Assembly: GCA_008632985.1 (NCBI GenBank)
Contig: QPGO01000007.1
Location: 558,001-622,000, forward strand
Source: Psammoneis japonica
Taxonomy: Eukaryota
Direction: 5' to 3'
DNA: 64,000 nucleotides
Shown here: positions 61,741 through 64,000 of the stretch, piece after piece
Layout: every line of letters begins with the position of its first letter
Numbering within the stretch: the stretch's first letter is position 1
Position numbers and translations under genes: made by a program
The notes under the pieces: model-generated
The model's input: the letters and a program-made list of their open reading frames with translations, nothing else
Told to the model about the DNA's origin: nothing
Database searches by the model: none

Positions 61741-64000
61741 TTACCTCCTCATGCGCTTTCGAAACATAGGATGGCGCTTGTTTGAAGCCGACGAGATTTC
61801 ACGGTATCGCATGCCGCTTCCGCCACTCAATTGAGACATGGCAACACCGGCTGTTCGTTTTACACCAGCATCTGCCAACGCAGCGCCGTCGGGGTTGTTC
61901 TTTCGAATCACAGCGTCTTCTGAACGCTGTTCCTTTTCCAGTTCCGTATCACTCGTCAACACGGTCCTTAGCAGCTTTCGATCGTCCTCCGGAGTGGCGT
62001 ATGAATACTTTTCAGTGACAGCCTCTTTGTCAGCGCGCTCACACAAATTCGTGACAATCTTGAAGGTATATCCCTGGTCAATCAAGTACTGCTGTCGCTT
62101 TGCAGAGTAGAACATCTCTTGAGTGTCGCTGCTCACAAGGGTGTAAAAGAAAGCATTGAAGGATGATCGATTTGACCCATCCTGCTGCGTAAACGACTTG
62201 GGACGGAGGATTCGGCCGAGACGCTGTGCTTCCTGACGACGCGAACCAAAATGTGAAGACACTTGAATGATCACATTGGCTTCGGGGAGATCAATCGAGG
62301 TATCTCCAACCTTACTGATACAAATGGTTCTCAGTACACTGCGCCACAGAAGAGACAGAAGAAGGAGAGACAGGACGAGGGTGAGACACTCGGCGACCGT
62401 GACTTTGACTCGATCGTACACAAAACAACGTACTCGCTGGATCGAAAGATTCCTAGAACCGTCTGGCGCTCCTTCTCTGGAGTTTCTCCGCAAATTAGCG
62501 GTCGTTGAAGCATGATAGCGTAAAGCTTGAGACTGTATACTAGATCCGAAAAGACAATAATCTTGTCTCCACGATCTTCATGGAAACGAACAAGAAACTC
62601 GACCGCTCGGAGCTTGCTTGGATTCATCACATACAAGAGCTGCCTAAGCCTGGCATTTGACGTCATGAGGTATTCCTTCATGAAGGGGCCAGTCATGGGA
62701 CACCACACTTCGACACACTGGACATTGGCCAAGTAACCTTGAGTCGTAAGATCCATCCAATTGGCCTCGTAGAGCTTGGGTCCAATCAAAAAGTTCAAAT
62801 CGGAAATCAAATCGTCCTCGCGGACCAGAGTGGCGGTCAATCCCAAACGGCAGTGAGCCTTGACATTTCCTACTACCTTTCGAAACATCTTTGCCGGTAC
62901 AACATGGACTTCGTCCATAAGCATGAGGCCTGTATCAATAGCAATGTAGCAACTCGTGTGAGAACAATGTGACCGCTGCAAGCTTGAACACCACCTACAT
63001 TCAAAGAATATGCGGTATGTACCTACCCCATTCACGAGACTGGATCGCCTCCATAATTTCCTTGCTTTTATCGCTTCGTTTTCCAGAATAGGCAATCATT
63101 GTGTAGGTTGTGACTAGCACACACGCATCGGCATGGATAGTGTCTTTACGGTCGCTTGTAAATACCGCAATGCGTTCATCCGGAATATTGGTCCACAGTT
63201 GGAACTGAAATTTCCACTGCAGGACACTGACAGCGTTGGTGCAGAGACACACCACCGATTTCTTTATGGTTTGTGCGGCCGTCACGCCTGTTAAGGTCTT
63301 ACCGGCACCGCAGGGCAAGACAATAATGCCGGATCGGGCACGTCCGTTTCCAAACATTTTTGCCAAGGACCGTTCTTGATAGCGACGAATCCTGGTGTGT
63401 GGTTTCAAGTCAAACATTGGAATGTTGGGATTAGCCGTGTCGTTTCTAAAATCGTATTCTTCCATAAGTGGGTAATCCAAGTCAATAGCTTGTCGTTTGA
63501 CATTCTCAACGGATTCTCCCTTGATTTGAAAGCTCACAACCGTGGCTGGTTTTTGTGCCCCTTCACCATCCTCCTCTTCATCCGACTCCTCTTCATCTTT
63601 AAGGATTTTTAAATTCTCTTCCATTTCTTCCGCACGTTTCTGAACCGTAAATCCGTGTTCATCCACCAACCCGTCCGAAACGACATCCTCAACAACACGG
63701 GATTGCGCAATGGTTGGATCACGCAAGAGCTCTCTCAGGACCGCCGGGAACTCACTCTCGACATAAAACTTGTTGTGTTTGAGCACCAGTTTCGCCTTTC
63801 CGTACTTTTGTGTACAGTCCCGCACAAATTTAGACACTTGTCCCGGCAGTTTGTTTTTGGACAGCCGCTCCAAGACCTGAATGATGGACTCGGTATCAAT
63901 GTTGGTGGCAACAGCAGCGTACAAACTGTACGGAGTCAGTTTGTACTGATGAATAAATTCGGGTCTCGCAACGGGCTCTGCAATAGCCACTAGAAAATCA
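61741..64000 (-). CDS. XPB: TFIIH helicase XPB; 5' end outside the window; introns 63026-62930 and 62433-62339
   Basis: [28 protein letters not shown] and [18 protein letters not shown]. Confidence 0.97.

Overview
Eukaryotic DNA, most likely from a diatom (short GT-AG introns, bipartite signal + 'AF' plastid presequences, CoDi-type Copia). Host genes: Roco LRR-ROC-COR (truncated at the window edge), Zn-macrodomain-SirTM fusion, MATH-BTB, EF-hand alternative oxidase, an extended mitochondrial-carrier protein, two K2P channel paralogues, two SET-domain proteins, a GIY-YIG/zinc-knuckle protein, a Tudor-like protein with H3-like ARKS repeats, and XPB. These alternate with four repeat-rich islands (~10.1-20.9, 25.6-31.3, 33.7-41.9 and 49.1-56.3 kb) holding a full-length split-direct-repeat tyrosine-recombinase retrotransposon, Copia relics and a PIF/Harbinger transposon with an internal ~182-bp satellite. 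The main signal is that these islands have lost almost all TpA dinucleotides through TA->TG / TA->CA changes (A->G on either strand). This is visible between duplicated copies inside the window and as Tyr->His/Cys in conserved motifs. It runs opposite to fungal RIP and is separable from CpG decay, suggesting an undescribed repeat-directed adenine mutagenesis or modification system. A base-calling artefact at a modified base must be excluded, because the assembly also shows single-base homopolymer deletions. All comparisons were done by eye and no searches were run.
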